Notes: generated by a model not told the origin, from the sequence alone. A stretch of DNA of 61,502 nt, filler included, from Bdellovibrionota bacterium (GCA_963169515.1; 7 parts of 7 records of this genome joined end to end with filler, not necessarily neighbours in it); one strand, 5' to 3'. Counted from the whole stretch's first letter, positions 28,717 to 39,315 are shown. Made by a program: numbers and translations.

Positions 28717-29141
28717 CTAATAGCCCTTGGACGTTCGAATACCACATGGAAGTGATGCAGAAGTTGATTCCTTTTTCATGCTGACCTAAAGCCGAAAAAG
28801 TAAATTGATTTTTGATTGGAAAGGACGACTTCGGATGGACTTCAAGGTGCGGGATGAGGCCCAATGTCTGCTTGACGGTTTAACGATAAAACACGTCCAT
28901 TTAGAGACTGGCACGCTCGCGTTTTTAATCCAACATTGTTATGGCCGCTAGAGAGGCCCAAACAGAAGAATGAATGCGCTATTTGCATAAATCCGGTTTA
29001 AACAATGGAAGGGTTCATTAAGAAAATTTCCATGCAGTATTCCAAACGACGAGAACTACCTAGATACGACGACCGGGGAGCAAGCCTCAGGCGTCGATTT
29101 AGACCGAGAAATCGGTCAAAGGAAATTTATTACCTTGAGGG
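28717..29141 (+). ncRNA. Candidate bridge RNA / seekRNA region
   Basis: About 425-nt structured non-coding region downstream of the transposase; internal loop carrying matches to both element ends. Confidence 0.6.
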
Positions 29142-29160
29142 GCTTGCTTTCTTACAGAAG

Positions 29161-29260
29161 NNNNNNNNNNNNNNNNNNNNNNNNNNNNNNNNNNNNNNNN
29201 NNNNTTAATTAATTAANNNNNNNNNNNNNNNNNNNNNNNNNNNNNNNNNNNNNNNNNNNN
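29161..29260. other. Artificial contig linker
   Basis: N44-TTAATTAATTAA-N44. Confidence 0.99.
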
Positions 29261-29616
29261 GGACAAACTCGGCCAAAAGCAAGGCTACCTGATCCTGTTC
29301 GAGAAAAAAACGTCGGAAGAGCTGCCCTGGGAGACGCGCATCCGCAGGGAAGTACACGAGGTGGATGGGAAAGAGGTGATTTTGCTGGGGATGTAGGGGG
29401 CTGCCGGTTGGCAGACTATGCCCATACCGCAGGACATTTTTGGGCTTAGCGTCTGTAACCGCCAAATTTATTTGGCGGAAGCATGGGGAAAACAGCACAC
29501 GGGGCCAAATAAATTTGGCCGTTACAATAGGGGCTGGACAGCATATTTCTACAATGTTCAGTAAGGTGTTCTTTGGAATAGGTTCCTCAGTATTTCACAG
29601 TCATAACCCTTTCACA

Positions 29617-30783
29617 ATGCCTGTAAACGTCCTTATTCCCATCATTAGTGGTTTTTGTTTCTTTCTTTTGACGAAAGAACAGGGGGGTGATGTTTTGAGA
29701 CCTATCCGTAGCAGGTGTAGTGAAACCATTTCTGCTTTTAATAATTGCAAAAACAACCTTTGTTTGGACAACTTGGATTTCGTCTCAGACAGCTCAGCGA
29801 TCTGCGAGATTCAGATTGTAAATAAGGCTAAAGAAGTTGAAACATTTTATTTAACAATCAAAGGTAAACTCCTTGATAGTATCCGCATTGACAAAGATGC
29901 ATTTGGCTGCTTTAACATAACCACCGATCGATCGTTGTTGCAGCTGGATACCAAAAAATCCAAATCACGCCTTCTGTTTTTTAAAGACAAGAACAGGCCT
30001 GTAAAGATACTATTTGGGGGAGGACGTGAATTTCTTGTTGAAGGAAGCAAGCTGGATTCCATCTGGCGAGTAGCTGTATCTATTCAGGATTCTTTGATTA
30101 AAAATGTTGAAAATTGTGCGAGTAGAAGTTCCGGCGACTCCGCTTTTATTTCGGTAAAGGAGAAATATGAAAATTGGTGTTTTAATGAGTTTACTTCCAT
30201 GTTGAGTAAGGACACCATTTTGGCTGTCCGGTTTTTGAATTACCATGTCCTCAATTTGAGGAGAATAACATTTGTTTCTCCTATTTACACCGATAGTATT
30301 ATACACTTGGTTTCCAAGTTTAATCCTCCGAATATTGATCTGTTAAATGATCTGACAAGCCTGTCCCGCCTAAGACTCGGTTCTCAAATGGTTCATTTTC
30401 CGTTTACCAGCCAAGCAGGAGATACACTGAACACTTCGGAGTTTTTTATGAGTCAAAGCGGCGATAAAGTCCTGGTCGATTTCTGGGCGAGTTGGTGCAA
30501 GCCTTGCAGAGCAAAGAATAAAACCCTAAAAGAGCGCTATGCAGCGCTCCGGGAAAGAAATATTCAGATACTTGGAATTTCCCTGGACGAAAAAGCTCCA
30601 GCTTGGGAAAACGCGCTGGGGGAAGACGAACTGCCGTGGCCTCAGGGCTTAATCCCTGGTAGCGAATTAAAAAAAATTCAGCGGGTTTTCAATTGCTACG
30701 CTATTCCGTGTTCGCTGCTTTTCTCCCCTAAAGGAGAGCTTTTGTTAATTAATCCTACAATAGAAGACCTTTTAATAAATTGA
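29617..30783 (+). CDS. TlpA/AhpC-TSA thioredoxin-like protein (start uncertain)
   Basis: VLVDFWASWCKPCR, ILGISLD, AIPCSLL. Confidence 0.85.
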   Translation: MPVNVLIPIISGFCFFLLTKEQGGDVLRPIRSRCSETISAFNNCKNNLCLDNLDFVSDSSAICEIQIVNKAKEVETFYLTIKGKLLDSIRIDKDAFGCFNITTDRSLLQLDTKKSKSRLLFFKDKNRPVKILFGGGREFLVEGSKLDSIWRVAVSIQDSLIKNVENCASRSSGDSAFISVKEKYENWCFNEFTSMLSKDTILAVRFLNYHVLNLRRITFVSPIYTDSIIHLVSKFNPPNIDLLNDLTSLSRLRLGSQMVHFPFTSQAGDTLNTSEFFMSQSGDKVLVDFWASWCKPCRAKNKTLKERYAALRERNIQILGISLDEKAPAWENALGEDELPWPQGLIPGSELKKIQRVFNCYAIPCSLLFSPKGELLLINPTIEDLLIN

Positions 30784-30829
30784 GAGGGTAGTTTGTCCTC
30801 TTCAACTTTTAACGCCAAAACCAAGCTCC

Positions 30830-31621
30830 ATGAAACCCTTTCGTCTGGTAAGGAAGCCATCCTTGTTATTTTTCGTGCTCTGCTTGTCGCTCGTCGTTCG
30901 CTCTCAAGACCGTCTTTTTGTGATTTCGTTTATTCTTGATGAAGATTTTCCCAATTTTATTGTAGGCCGCTGCCTGGAATTGGATTCGGGATTGGTTTTT
31001 AGGTTATCTGATCTCAATCAAAATGGAAATCATTTTGAAAAAGGGGTGGAGTATTTGTCTATTTATTATAGGCCATTAGGAATCAGTGGCGCTTTAAAGG
31101 TGAAAGACCAAATGACCTTCAATCTTCGAGGACAATCTTATCAAGCGCTCGTTTCTCCGCCCAATATTTTGGTGAAACCCTTGCTTGAGCCCGTTGCTGA
31201 GGCGGATGTTGCCCTGGTAGATACGCTTCCGGCGTTCACCGCCATCAACTTACAGACCAAAGACACACTCCATATTTCTGAAAACCTTATAAAAGGATAT
31301 GATTTTCTATATGTATCCGTTTGGGCGCATTCTTGTCGCCCTTGCATAGAAGATATGCCGCAATTTGAAATTTTCGAAACCACCTTTAAAAAAAGAATTC
31401 TATTTATTCACCTCAGTTCAGAAAGAAATATAGAACAAGCGCTAGAAGTTCTTAATCAAGTTAAACCGCCTGGGATTTATGCCGTCTGTTCGGAGTCGGT
31501 TTTTTCAAGATTGAATGTTAGCGGATTTCCTCGGGGCAATCTGTACGATAAAAAAGGGAAATTAATGCGCTCTTTCTCGCATATCACCCCGGCTTTCAAT
31601 TATCTGATGGCTCATTTTTAG
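30830..31621 (+). CDS. TlpA-like thioredoxin-fold protein
   Basis: Signal peptide; VWAHSCRPCIEDMP, GFP. Confidence 0.8.
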   Translation: MKPFRLVRKPSLLFFVLCLSLVVRSQDRLFVISFILDEDFPNFIVGRCLELDSGLVFRLSDLNQNGNHFEKGVEYLSIYYRPLGISGALKVKDQMTFNLRGQSYQALVSPPNILVKPLLEPVAEADVALVDTLPAFTAINLQTKDTLHISENLIKGYDFLYVSVWAHSCRPCIEDMPQFEIFETTFKKRILFIHLSSERNIEQALEVLNQVKPPGIYAVCSESVFSRLNVSGFPRGNLYDKKGKLMRSFSHITPAFNYLMAHF

Positions 31622-31626
31622 ACGTA

Positions 31627-32391
31627 ATGCGCTATTTACTTCTTTTTTTTCTGTATTTTCTTACACTACCTATTGCCAAAGGCAAACAGGTTAAAATTCT
31701 TGTAATCGGAAATAGTATTTGTGAATATAATGACATGCTCGGGTTGTTTCAAAATATCGCCTTGTTGAATGGAAAGGAGGTTAAAATAAAAGCAACTTTT
31801 GAAGGAGGAGCCTCCATAGCAGAAAATATTTGTAAAAATTTGATCCCTGGCTGCAGGATAATAAATTATAAAGTTGAATCCCCATATTGGTTCAAAGAGA
31901 ACAAACAATTTTCTTTTTTTATCGATATTTTTAAAAAGTACGATTATGTATTGTTTCAAGGCAGAAGCGCCAGCGATTCTCATTTTTTAGAAATTTCAAA
32001 GTCAATTGCAAATTCTATTTCTAAAAAGCAAACTATTTTTATTTTTCAAAATTATTCTTCAATTCTATGGAATGATAGCCTGCGTAGGGTTAGTCTGGAA
32101 AAGGACAAAGCTGTTTTTCAAACTATTTGCAACTCTAATAAACGTATTAAGCTTTTTCGGGTTGGAGATTTATTTGATTTTGCCCAAATTTGTTTTCCCG
32201 AGACAATGCTTTTAAGATCAAATAATCATCCTGAACCCACAGGATCTCTTCTTATTGGTGTTTATTTATACGATTCCATTTTTAATGAATTTCCGGCAAT
32301 AAACATCAAAAAAAATCACAAAAAACAAATCTACGCAACAGATGAACTAGAAAGGTGCATCAATATTGTAAATGAATTCAAAAATGAATAA
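31627..32391 (+). CDS. SGNH/GDSL-like hydrolase domain protein
   Basis: ILVIGNS, YDYVLFQ, NHP. Confidence 0.65.
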   Translation: MRYLLLFFLYFLTLPIAKGKQVKILVIGNSICEYNDMLGLFQNIALLNGKEVKIKATFEGGASIAENICKNLIPGCRIINYKVESPYWFKENKQFSFFIDIFKKYDYVLFQGRSASDSHFLEISKSIANSISKKQTIFIFQNYSSILWNDSLRRVSLEKDKAVFQTICNSNKRIKLFRVGDLFDFAQICFPETMLLRSNNHPEPTGSLLIGVYLYDSIFNEFPAINIKKNHKKQIYATDELERCINIVNEFKNE

Positions 32392-32493
32392 CACTATTTT
32401 AATCTTGTCAAGTGAAAATGATTGGCCTATTAATTCTGTTGTTGACTGGATAAATTATCTTGGATATAATACCATAATTTTCCGCAATCGGTA
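32384..32493 (+). CDS. Possible ATP-grasp peptide maturase N-terminus, 3' partial
   Basis: MNNTILILSSENDWPINSVVDWINYLG resembles the ILILS..D...V.DW start of grasp-with-spasm maturases; only 36 codons visible. Confidence 0.45.
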
Positions 32494-32593
32494 NNNNNNN
32501 NNNNNNNNNNNNNNNNNNNNNNNNNNNNNNNNNNNNNTTAATTAATTAANNNNNNNNNNNNNNNNNNNNNNNNNNNNNNNNNNNNNNNNNNNN
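32494..32593. other. Artificial contig linker
   Basis: N44-TTAATTAATTAA-N44. Confidence 0.99.
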
Positions 32594-33888
32594 TGTACTA
32601 AAACTTTTCCATACAAATTGGGGTTTGCCGTTAATTTTCGTTCATAGCAAAAGCGAATTTGTCCAATATTAGACTTTATGACTGCAGCAACTGCGTCTTT
32701 GTCAAGACCTCCGCCGACATCGGCTTCCTCTTCGACAACTCCCACGTCTGCTGTGCCAATTCCACCATTTGCAATTGTGCCGTAGCCATTAATGTTGCCA
32801 CCACCACCAAGCCCTTTTGTGCCGATTGCCGCAAGCTGATAACCCTTTGTCGTTCCACCAGTAACACCGCCAGAAACTCCGCTCACTGTGACTTTTGAGC
32901 CAGAAGATCCCGCAATACCACGAGCTTTGTCATACTCTGTTGAACCCGTTGCCGTTAAAAAGTTTTTATTTGTTACGTTTTGGCGAGCTGCGATTTTACC
33001 CAACAGCTGTTGGATACCCGAGGCCTTGATGTTTGTAATTACCTTTGGTGTAGATCGAGCCTGTTTGCGCGTGTCCACTGATGGCGAGGCCGCAGCAGCC
33101 GCTTTCGGCGGCTCCTTAAACTTTTCTTTTGTGATCGTCATTGCCTGTTTACGCTTTTCTTTGATCATATTTTTATCGTAAATCAATTTCGTATATGTAT
33201 TCATTTCTACTTTTTTCTCAATTTCCTCTTCAGGTGCGCCTGGAAACAGAGCCACAATTAGAATAATAACTGCCAGCAGCCCTGCTCCAATCATGTGATA
33301 GTTTTTAAGTTCAAAATTAAATTGATTTTTTCCATTTTCCAGAACCATTGGAGCCTTTACAAGTCTCTGCAAAACTGTATATCCGTCGACCTGCGTTTCT
33401 TCCCAATCACTTGACTTAGGTGGTTTAAAAAGATGGTCTTTGCCTTTTATGTTTCGCGTGTAAGATTCGTTTTTGCCTAATAGCAACGAATCGACAACGC
33501 CCTTTTTGCAACGTACAACGACTTCGTGGAAATCTTTGCCCCCATTTTCAGATTTCTTTTTATAGTAAAGTGGGGCGTGTACCGGCTTGGGCTCTAATTT
33601 TATGATATGTTGACCGACTCTAAATGTGGTGTTTTTTTCAATAGGTTCTTCTGCGACGACCTCATCGTTGATCCAAGTTCCGGTCTCGCTTGAAAGATCA
33701 AGTAGGTACCACTTTCCATCCCTGCACTCTACCGCAGAATGGAGCGGGCTCACATCAGTTCCATTTAAAACCACTTGTGCTTTATATGAATTTCCAAAAA
33801 TGAATGTCTTCGTTTGAGGAGTAAGTTTAAAACTTTTCTCGCGCTTTCCTCGGGCTGAATATTTTATGTAGAGATCCATTTTGCTCAT
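32594..33888 (-). CDS. FHA + TM + AgmX/PglI (TonB-C-like) gliding protein, GltG-like, 3' partial
   Basis: VSPLHS...DLSSETGTWIN FHA motif; GGLDKDAVAAVI...QIRFCYE...PNLYGKV. Confidence 0.85.
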
Positions 33889-33898
33889 AGCTACCCCG

Positions 33899-34132
33899 TT
33901 ACTTCACGTACTCTATGCTTTGTTCAACTTGTTCATCAAAATTGTCCCTCAGTTTGTAGAGAGGTATAAAATCAATTCCACGCTTTTGAACGATGTAGGA
34001 ACCATCCGGCTGACGGACCTTCCCATCGATACTTTCATCTTCAAAGTTCATCTTTTGAACCTTCGGCCTTTTATCTTCTGCAATTACCGCCAGCGGAAGA
34101 ACTAAAACGAGTATAATAATGATCTTCTTCAT
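33899..34132 (-). CDS. Small secreted gliding protein, GltF/CglF-like
   Basis: Signal peptide; FEDESIDGKVRQPDG...LRDNF; position within the cluster. Confidence 0.75.
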   Translation of the reverse strand: MKKIIIILVLVLPLAVIAEDKRPKVQKMNFEDESIDGKVRQPDGSYIVQKRGIDFIPLYKLRDNFDEQVEQSIEYVK

Positions 34133-34137
34133 AACCC

Positions 34138-35049
34138 CTACCCTTTTGAAGCCAATTTCTTAGATGACTTAACAGTTGATTCTAAATCTTTTATTTTGGC
34201 TTCGAGATCAAACGGCACCTGGCCATCGACCGATTTTTTCATTACCATGGTTCGAATGTCTTTAAATCGAGCTAGTGCAACTTCAATTTGTTGAGTTAAG
34301 TTTTCGTAGACGTATGCTTCTCTCAAACGAAAATGCAGGCTACGTGGGTAGGCCTGAATTGCCGTTTGAATATATTGCAAAGCCAGAGCTGCCCGATCTA
34401 GTTCAATGTAAACGTCAATAATTCCGGCCAAAGCCACCCTCTGCGTTGGGTAATTTACAAGAACTTTAAGATAATGTTCTTGCGCAGTTTTGAAATTAAG
34501 TTCGCTCAAATAAGCTTCGCCCAAAACTAGATGCGCATCTGCAATATCTGGATCTTGCCTTAAAGCGTCTTCCATTTCTCGGACACTTTCTTTATAAAAA
34601 CCTTTTTTCCACAATAAACGACCCTTTTGATATTTCAACACTCCAACATTGGATGCTTTTTTGATCGCCAAATCCACCATCCACATCGCGCGCTCGGACT
34701 GACCTGCTCCCTCAGCTTCTAGACTCAGATAATATGCGCCCCACGGAAGGGTGGGTTCAACCTCAGCTAACTTTGTAGCAATTATGTTAAGTTCTTTATA
34801 TTTTTTTTGAGACAAGCAACGATTTGCAAATTTAACAAGATCTTTCCAGTCCCTTGTTTTATTGATAATTGCATTTGTTGGACACTGTGAACTTCCAACC
34901 CAAGCCAAAGGATAAACTTTAAGATCCGTTGCAATGACCTTTGGAATTTCAGCCGAAGTCGTAATCTGACTGGGCTTGCGCGTAGCAGACTTTTCAGTAG
35001 TTGCGCAGCCCATAAATGTTAAAGTGATAATTATTAAAACCCGTTTCAT
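34138..35049 (-). CDS. TPR lipoprotein, GltE/AglT-like
   Basis: FMGC lipobox, TPR helices, synteny. Confidence 0.75.
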   Translation of the reverse strand: MKRVLIIITLTFMGCATTEKSATRKPSQITTSAEIPKVIATDLKVYPLAWVGSSQCPTNAIINKTRDWKDLVKFANRCLSQKKYKELNIIATKLAEVEPTLPWGAYYLSLEAEGAGQSERAMWMVDLAIKKASNVGVLKYQKGRLLWKKGFYKESVREMEDALRQDPDIADAHLVLGEAYLSELNFKTAQEHYLKVLVNYPTQRVALAGIIDVYIELDRAALALQYIQTAIQAYPRSLHFRLREAYVYENLTQQIEVALARFKDIRTMVMKKSVDGQVPFDLEAKIKDLESTVKSSKKLASKG

Positions 35050-35060
35050 TATACGTCCCT

Positions 35061-38033
35061 TTATTGCACGACCGAAATGCCCGGCTCGGCAGGTTTATAA
35101 GCTACTGCATTATTTAATTTCATATTCACCCTGTTCAATTCGTTACGAAGATGTTGCGTTTGCCCCGAAAATGTTTTTGCAGTCAACGCAAAATCTATCC
35201 CTTCTTTTAAGGTATCAATGATTCGATCTTCCAAAGGAATAATCATTTTTTCCAATTCAGACCGAATTGCCTTTTCGTCTGCGGCAGCAACCTTTTCTGT
35301 AAAGCGAATCCCTTTTAAATCTGAAACAAAGTTTTCATAACATCGAGCCAGACCCAGGAATGCTTTTATGGTTGTGTCTGGGTCTCCAAACTTCATGCTT
35401 TCTTGGTATGCACGCTGAGCCTTATCCAGCTTCTCAGTTTTTAGTCCCATTACCGCTTGTAACCGGTCCACCTTTGAATTCATTTTTTGATTCACAAGCT
35501 CTTTTTCTAAAATCCGGGATTGTATGTAGCGCGCCTCTGCAAATATCGCGTTTGGAACCTCTTTTTTAGAATAACTCAGAATTCTACCCGCAACTCCAAA
35601 AGCTTCCGCAAAATCATTTGAATCAAATAACTTACGAACGCGATCAAGCTGTTTGCGAGCAATCTGCGCAGTACTCATGTGTGCATCCATCGCTTTGGCT
35701 GCAGATTTTGTATCAATTGCCAACTTATCCGCAACAGCCTCATAGCGATTCATGTATTCTGCAAAAGTTGCGCTTTCGCCGGAATTCAAAAACCCAACCA
35801 TGACACTTCTTGCCTTATCATATCGTGCACCGACAACATAGAAATCAACGCTCAGCTTTTTCCATTTCTTTGCGTCGGCTGAATCGAATTTTGCAAGCTC
35901 AGTCAAAACGTCACCCACCAGTTCCGGTTGGGCCAAAAACTCATAGAGCTCTGCGGCTTTTTTCAGGGCTTCTATCGTGTATTTGGATCCAGGGAATTTC
36001 TTTGAAAGTTCAAAACATTTATCAGACGCCTTTCTGTAGTCTTTTTGAACTAGGTGAATTTGAACAATATTCCACCACGCCTGATCCGCCAATTTTGATG
36101 TCGGATTTTCAATGGCAAACTTTTCATAACTTTCCAAAGCATCTCTATACTTTTTATCCGCTTGAAACTTTTGGGCCTGAGAAAAGAACGACTCACGATA
36201 AAGGTTTTTCAATTCACTTTTACGTTTTTCATCCCCCGTTAGTTGAATTAACTCTTTGGTGGAGCTCATCAATGTCGGATAGTCTTTTTGGATATTCAAT
36301 ATGTCTAAATAAAGATCCTGCGATTTCAAGCCCAATTCTGTTTTTGGAAACTTCCATCCTAAATCCCTAAACCCAGGCAGTGCTTCGGCATAGCGAGCCT
36401 TTTCATAAGCAATAAACGATTTTTTGAATTTTACGTCTGTGACAAACTTCCCGCCCGGATTTTTAGTTAAATACACAGAGGCAAGTTGTATATATTTGTT
36501 TTCATCATTATCAGACCATTTTCCATTAACATATTTTTCCAAGCTCACAATCGCAAAATAGCAAGCGTCGTGAAGCAGCGTTTTATCTTTGATATTTTGT
36601 GAAACGAGTTCGTATTGTTCAATCGCCGTTTTATAATATTGGCGTTGAAAATTAAATTCCGCGTATGAAAAACGAACTTTTTCGCGCTTTTCTACATCAA
36701 TTTGGCTACCAATATAAATGCGATATGTTTTATCGACACGCTCTGCCAATTCCTTATTCGCTTTTTTCTTCCATTCGTCGTGCCATTTTTTAGATAATTT
36801 ATAACTCATCTTAGACAAATTGAAGTTGCAGTTTGGTTTTGCATCCATGTCAGAATCTTCTTCGTCCTGCAAATCGTCTTCTTTTTGAGATTGCCCCGCC
36901 GTTATACGATCTTGAAGTTCTGTTTTATAGTATTTATGGCAATGGTTCTCAAATGCAACCACGTGCTTAAAGGCCTTAGAATCTGATTTAATATTGATAT
37001 CATTTAAAATAAGATCTCGATATGCTTTTGGAACTTGTGGATTCTCTGGAATATTATCTATAAAGTCTGCTAGTACATATTCGCGCTCTTTATTTTGGCC
37101 ATGACGCTCGTAAATAGCCGCAAGTTGCAATATCAGTTTCCCAACTATTTGCTTACCAGCCCATTTCACAAAATACGGGAAGGCCTGGTTCGGCTCACCC
37201 TTTTCTGAATAGAAAAGAACCAAGTCCGTCAGAGCTTCTTCTTTTAAATTATATTTAGATTCAACATTTTGAGCCGCTCTCTGATCGGAAACTGTGATCA
37301 CCGCTTCAAGCTCAGTCATTGCCGCTCGAGTGTCTTTCAGCTGGTAACGCGTCCAGGCTCCTTTATATAGTGCATATGGGTAAACCCGAGCATCTGGAAA
37401 TTTTTTAACAGACTCGTAATCTTCCAATGCCTTTTTCCACAACTTTTGTTCATAATTCATCTCTGCTACAGACAGATATGCGTCTGGAATAAGCTCTGAA
37501 CCCGGGAAGCGTTTAATTAGGCTATAATAAAGATCTTTTGGGGCCTGCTTTTCACCAGTTTGTTGACGAAGAAATGCATTGTTAAATAAAACAAGGTCCA
37601 TTTCTTCGTACTTTGGAAATCGGCGCTCTATATCGTCAAAAATATGGATAGCATCTTTTAGTTTTTTAATAGAGGACCCTTTGACCTCTTCAGGAACCAT
37701 CGACAGCAATTCACCTTTCGTATTTGTGAACTCGAAAAAGCGCGCTGATTTTGCCTGGCGCACAATGAGTTCGGCCTTCCTAAATTGAAGGCCGGGTTCC
37801 ATTGATGTTCCTTTATATTTTCGGATCAACATATTGATTTGATCTAAGGCCTTTTTTTCATTTCGAGTGACAAGAACCTCAGCAACGGCACTACGTTTTT
37901 CATTAATTTCTCCATTTTTGCCAAAGGCACGAATTTTCTCTGCAAAGTCGTCCTTTTTTACAGGGCTTTCTGCAAATACTGGTGAAACCCCGATGACAAA
38001 AGTTAAAATAAATTGAAAACCCAGTTTCAACAT
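35061..38033 (-). CDS. Large periplasmic TPR protein, GltD/AgmU-like
   Basis: Signal peptide, LIKRFPGSELIPDAY, YALYKGAW, EEALTDLV; 990 aa; synteny. Confidence 0.8.
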   Translation of the reverse strand: MLKLGFQFILTFVIGVSPVFAESPVKKDDFAEKIRAFGKNGEINEKRSAVAEVLVTRNEKKALDQINMLIRKYKGTSMEPGLQFRKAELIVRQAKSARFFEFTNTKGELLSMVPEEVKGSSIKKLKDAIHIFDDIERRFPKYEEMDLVLFNNAFLRQQTGEKQAPKDLYYSLIKRFPGSELIPDAYLSVAEMNYEQKLWKKALEDYESVKKFPDARVYPYALYKGAWTRYQLKDTRAAMTELEAVITVSDQRAAQNVESKYNLKEEALTDLVLFYSEKGEPNQAFPYFVKWAGKQIVGKLILQLAAIYERHGQNKEREYVLADFIDNIPENPQVPKAYRDLILNDINIKSDSKAFKHVVAFENHCHKYYKTELQDRITAGQSQKEDDLQDEEDSDMDAKPNCNFNLSKMSYKLSKKWHDEWKKKANKELAERVDKTYRIYIGSQIDVEKREKVRFSYAEFNFQRQYYKTAIEQYELVSQNIKDKTLLHDACYFAIVSLEKYVNGKWSDNDENKYIQLASVYLTKNPGGKFVTDVKFKKSFIAYEKARYAEALPGFRDLGWKFPKTELGLKSQDLYLDILNIQKDYPTLMSSTKELIQLTGDEKRKSELKNLYRESFFSQAQKFQADKKYRDALESYEKFAIENPTSKLADQAWWNIVQIHLVQKDYRKASDKCFELSKKFPGSKYTIEALKKAAELYEFLAQPELVGDVLTELAKFDSADAKKWKKLSVDFYVVGARYDKARSVMVGFLNSGESATFAEYMNRYEAVADKLAIDTKSAAKAMDAHMSTAQIARKQLDRVRKLFDSNDFAEAFGVAGRILSYSKKEVPNAIFAEARYIQSRILEKELVNQKMNSKVDRLQAVMGLKTEKLDKAQRAYQESMKFGDPDTTIKAFLGLARCYENFVSDLKGIRFTEKVAAADEKAIRSELEKMIIPLEDRIIDTLKEGIDFALTAKTFSGQTQHLRNELNRVNMKLNNAVAYKPAEPGISVVQ

Positions 38034-38036
38034 GAA

Positions 38037-38837
38037 TCAGCCTGCCTTCTCAGTAATATATTTTTTGATCGCCTTTTTAGTTCCAGGTTGAATTTTTAAA
38101 AACTTCACACCGTATTTAACAGCCGTACTAGGATTTTTAATATCTTTCATATAGTTTTTGCTCACAACCTCGCAAACAGCATTAAACGGAGGGACCGAAT
38201 CCCCCGGCTTAAAGTGTAAATATATGCTTTGGCCAGGCACGACGGCGGCGTTGTTCATCACTATTCCCGCGCCTTCCTCACTGATTTCGATCGCATCACC
38301 CTTCCAAACATTATTGTTGTCATGGATTAAAATCGAACCGTTAAACGTCACCCGTTCATGACGACGGCGAAAAAATACATTTTTAGTATCCAACTCTTTG
38401 TTATTGTCGTAATGATGTTTAATCTTGTCGTGATGATATACATCCACTTCAGCGATACGTTTCCACGTATCAAAATCAGCTTTCCAAATGTAATCAAATT
38501 CGAAAATTGATTTCGACTGTAACATCTTAAGGATATCAATATAACTGAACGGTCCATACTTGTTATCCCACTTCAACACATACCATTCCTGCGCGTCCAT
38601 ACCGATTCCATTGGTTGCAGCGTTGACAGGGTTTGCTTTTGGGGGGGCGGGCTTCTTACTTTTTGTTTGGTCCGCAATTGGGGTAAATTCCATAAGCGCA
38701 ACCCAATCCTTGCGGTCATCCAAATAAATATAATCTGTTAATGAAATTACATTTTCATGAATTTTGCCAACAATCTCTTCAACGCTAAAAGGACCAATAG
38801 TTTGACTGTTACGATGAACAAAAAACTTATCCTGCAT
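38037..38837 (-). CDS. Two GYF_2 (DUF4339) domains plus PilZ domain
   Basis: GPFS twice with downstream W motifs; RRHER and EISEEG PilZ-type motifs; YGVKF. Confidence 0.85.
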   Translation of the reverse strand: MQDKFFVHRNSQTIGPFSVEEIVGKIHENVISLTDYIYLDDRKDWVALMEFTPIADQTKSKKPAPPKANPVNAATNGIGMDAQEWYVLKWDNKYGPFSYIDILKMLQSKSIFEFDYIWKADFDTWKRIAEVDVYHHDKIKHHYDNNKELDTKNVFFRRRHERVTFNGSILIHDNNNVWKGDAIEISEEGAGIVMNNAAVVPGQSIYLHFKPGDSVPPFNAVCEVVSKNYMKDIKNPSTAVKYGVKFLKIQPGTKKAIKKYITEKAG

Positions 38838-38890
38838 AAAGTTCTCCTAAATCACGTACATAACGAGATAACTAAATCCCCACATACTGA

Positions 38891-38917
38891 AATCGGATAT
38901 TGGGCTTACGTACTTAA
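38891..38917 (-). promoter_or_regulatory. Putative sigma28-type promoter of the glt-like operon
   Basis: Minus strand TTAAG-N16-CCGATT. Confidence 0.6.
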
Positions 38918-39288
38918 GGGCTTTAACGACCTAAGTTCCGGATTTAACTAGACTTTTATAAACCAGTTTGACACTTTCTATTAAATTTTGGCTCAAAAAA
39001 AAACAGTCTTAAAAAGTTCGACATTTTTTTTAAAGGATGAAATGGAATATACGAACATACCACGAAAAAATGTTTCATTGTGGCACACCCCAAACGCGAC
39101 AGTCCCTTAACAAAACAAATTCGAATACTCCCGACTATAATATAGAATTATTTTTATTTTTTTATTTTGTAGAAAACTTTTTCATTTTTTATAAATTAAT
39201 ATTGCTGACTATGTGTTGAACATTTATTTTAGATTTCCACGAAAATAATCAACACTTAAGAAAGTTAAAGAAATCCATTCAGTTTCAA

Positions 39289-39315
39289 TTAAGTAATCTA
39301 GTCCTATGACCGATT
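39289..39315 (+). promoter_or_regulatory. Putative sigma28-type promoter of the motor operon
   Basis: TTAAG-N16-CCGATT. Confidence 0.6.

Larger units (their letters stand above)
27512..29160 (+). mobile_element. IS110 family, IS1111-type insertion sequence
   Basis: Transposase, subterminal IRs TGTAAGAAAGCGAGC (27518-27532) / GCTTGCTTTCTTACA (29142-29156; 14/15 match), long 3' non-coding region, contig break at the right end. Confidence 0.85.

Noticed and set aside
29144..29160. Circle-junction promoter TTGCTT-N17-TAAGAA
   Set aside because: Spacing fits but the -10 element lacks the conserved final T; too weak to call
29005..29208. 67-aa ORF in the IS right end
   Set aside because: Runs through the inverted repeat into the linker, has no recognisable motif and overlaps the predicted structured RNA region
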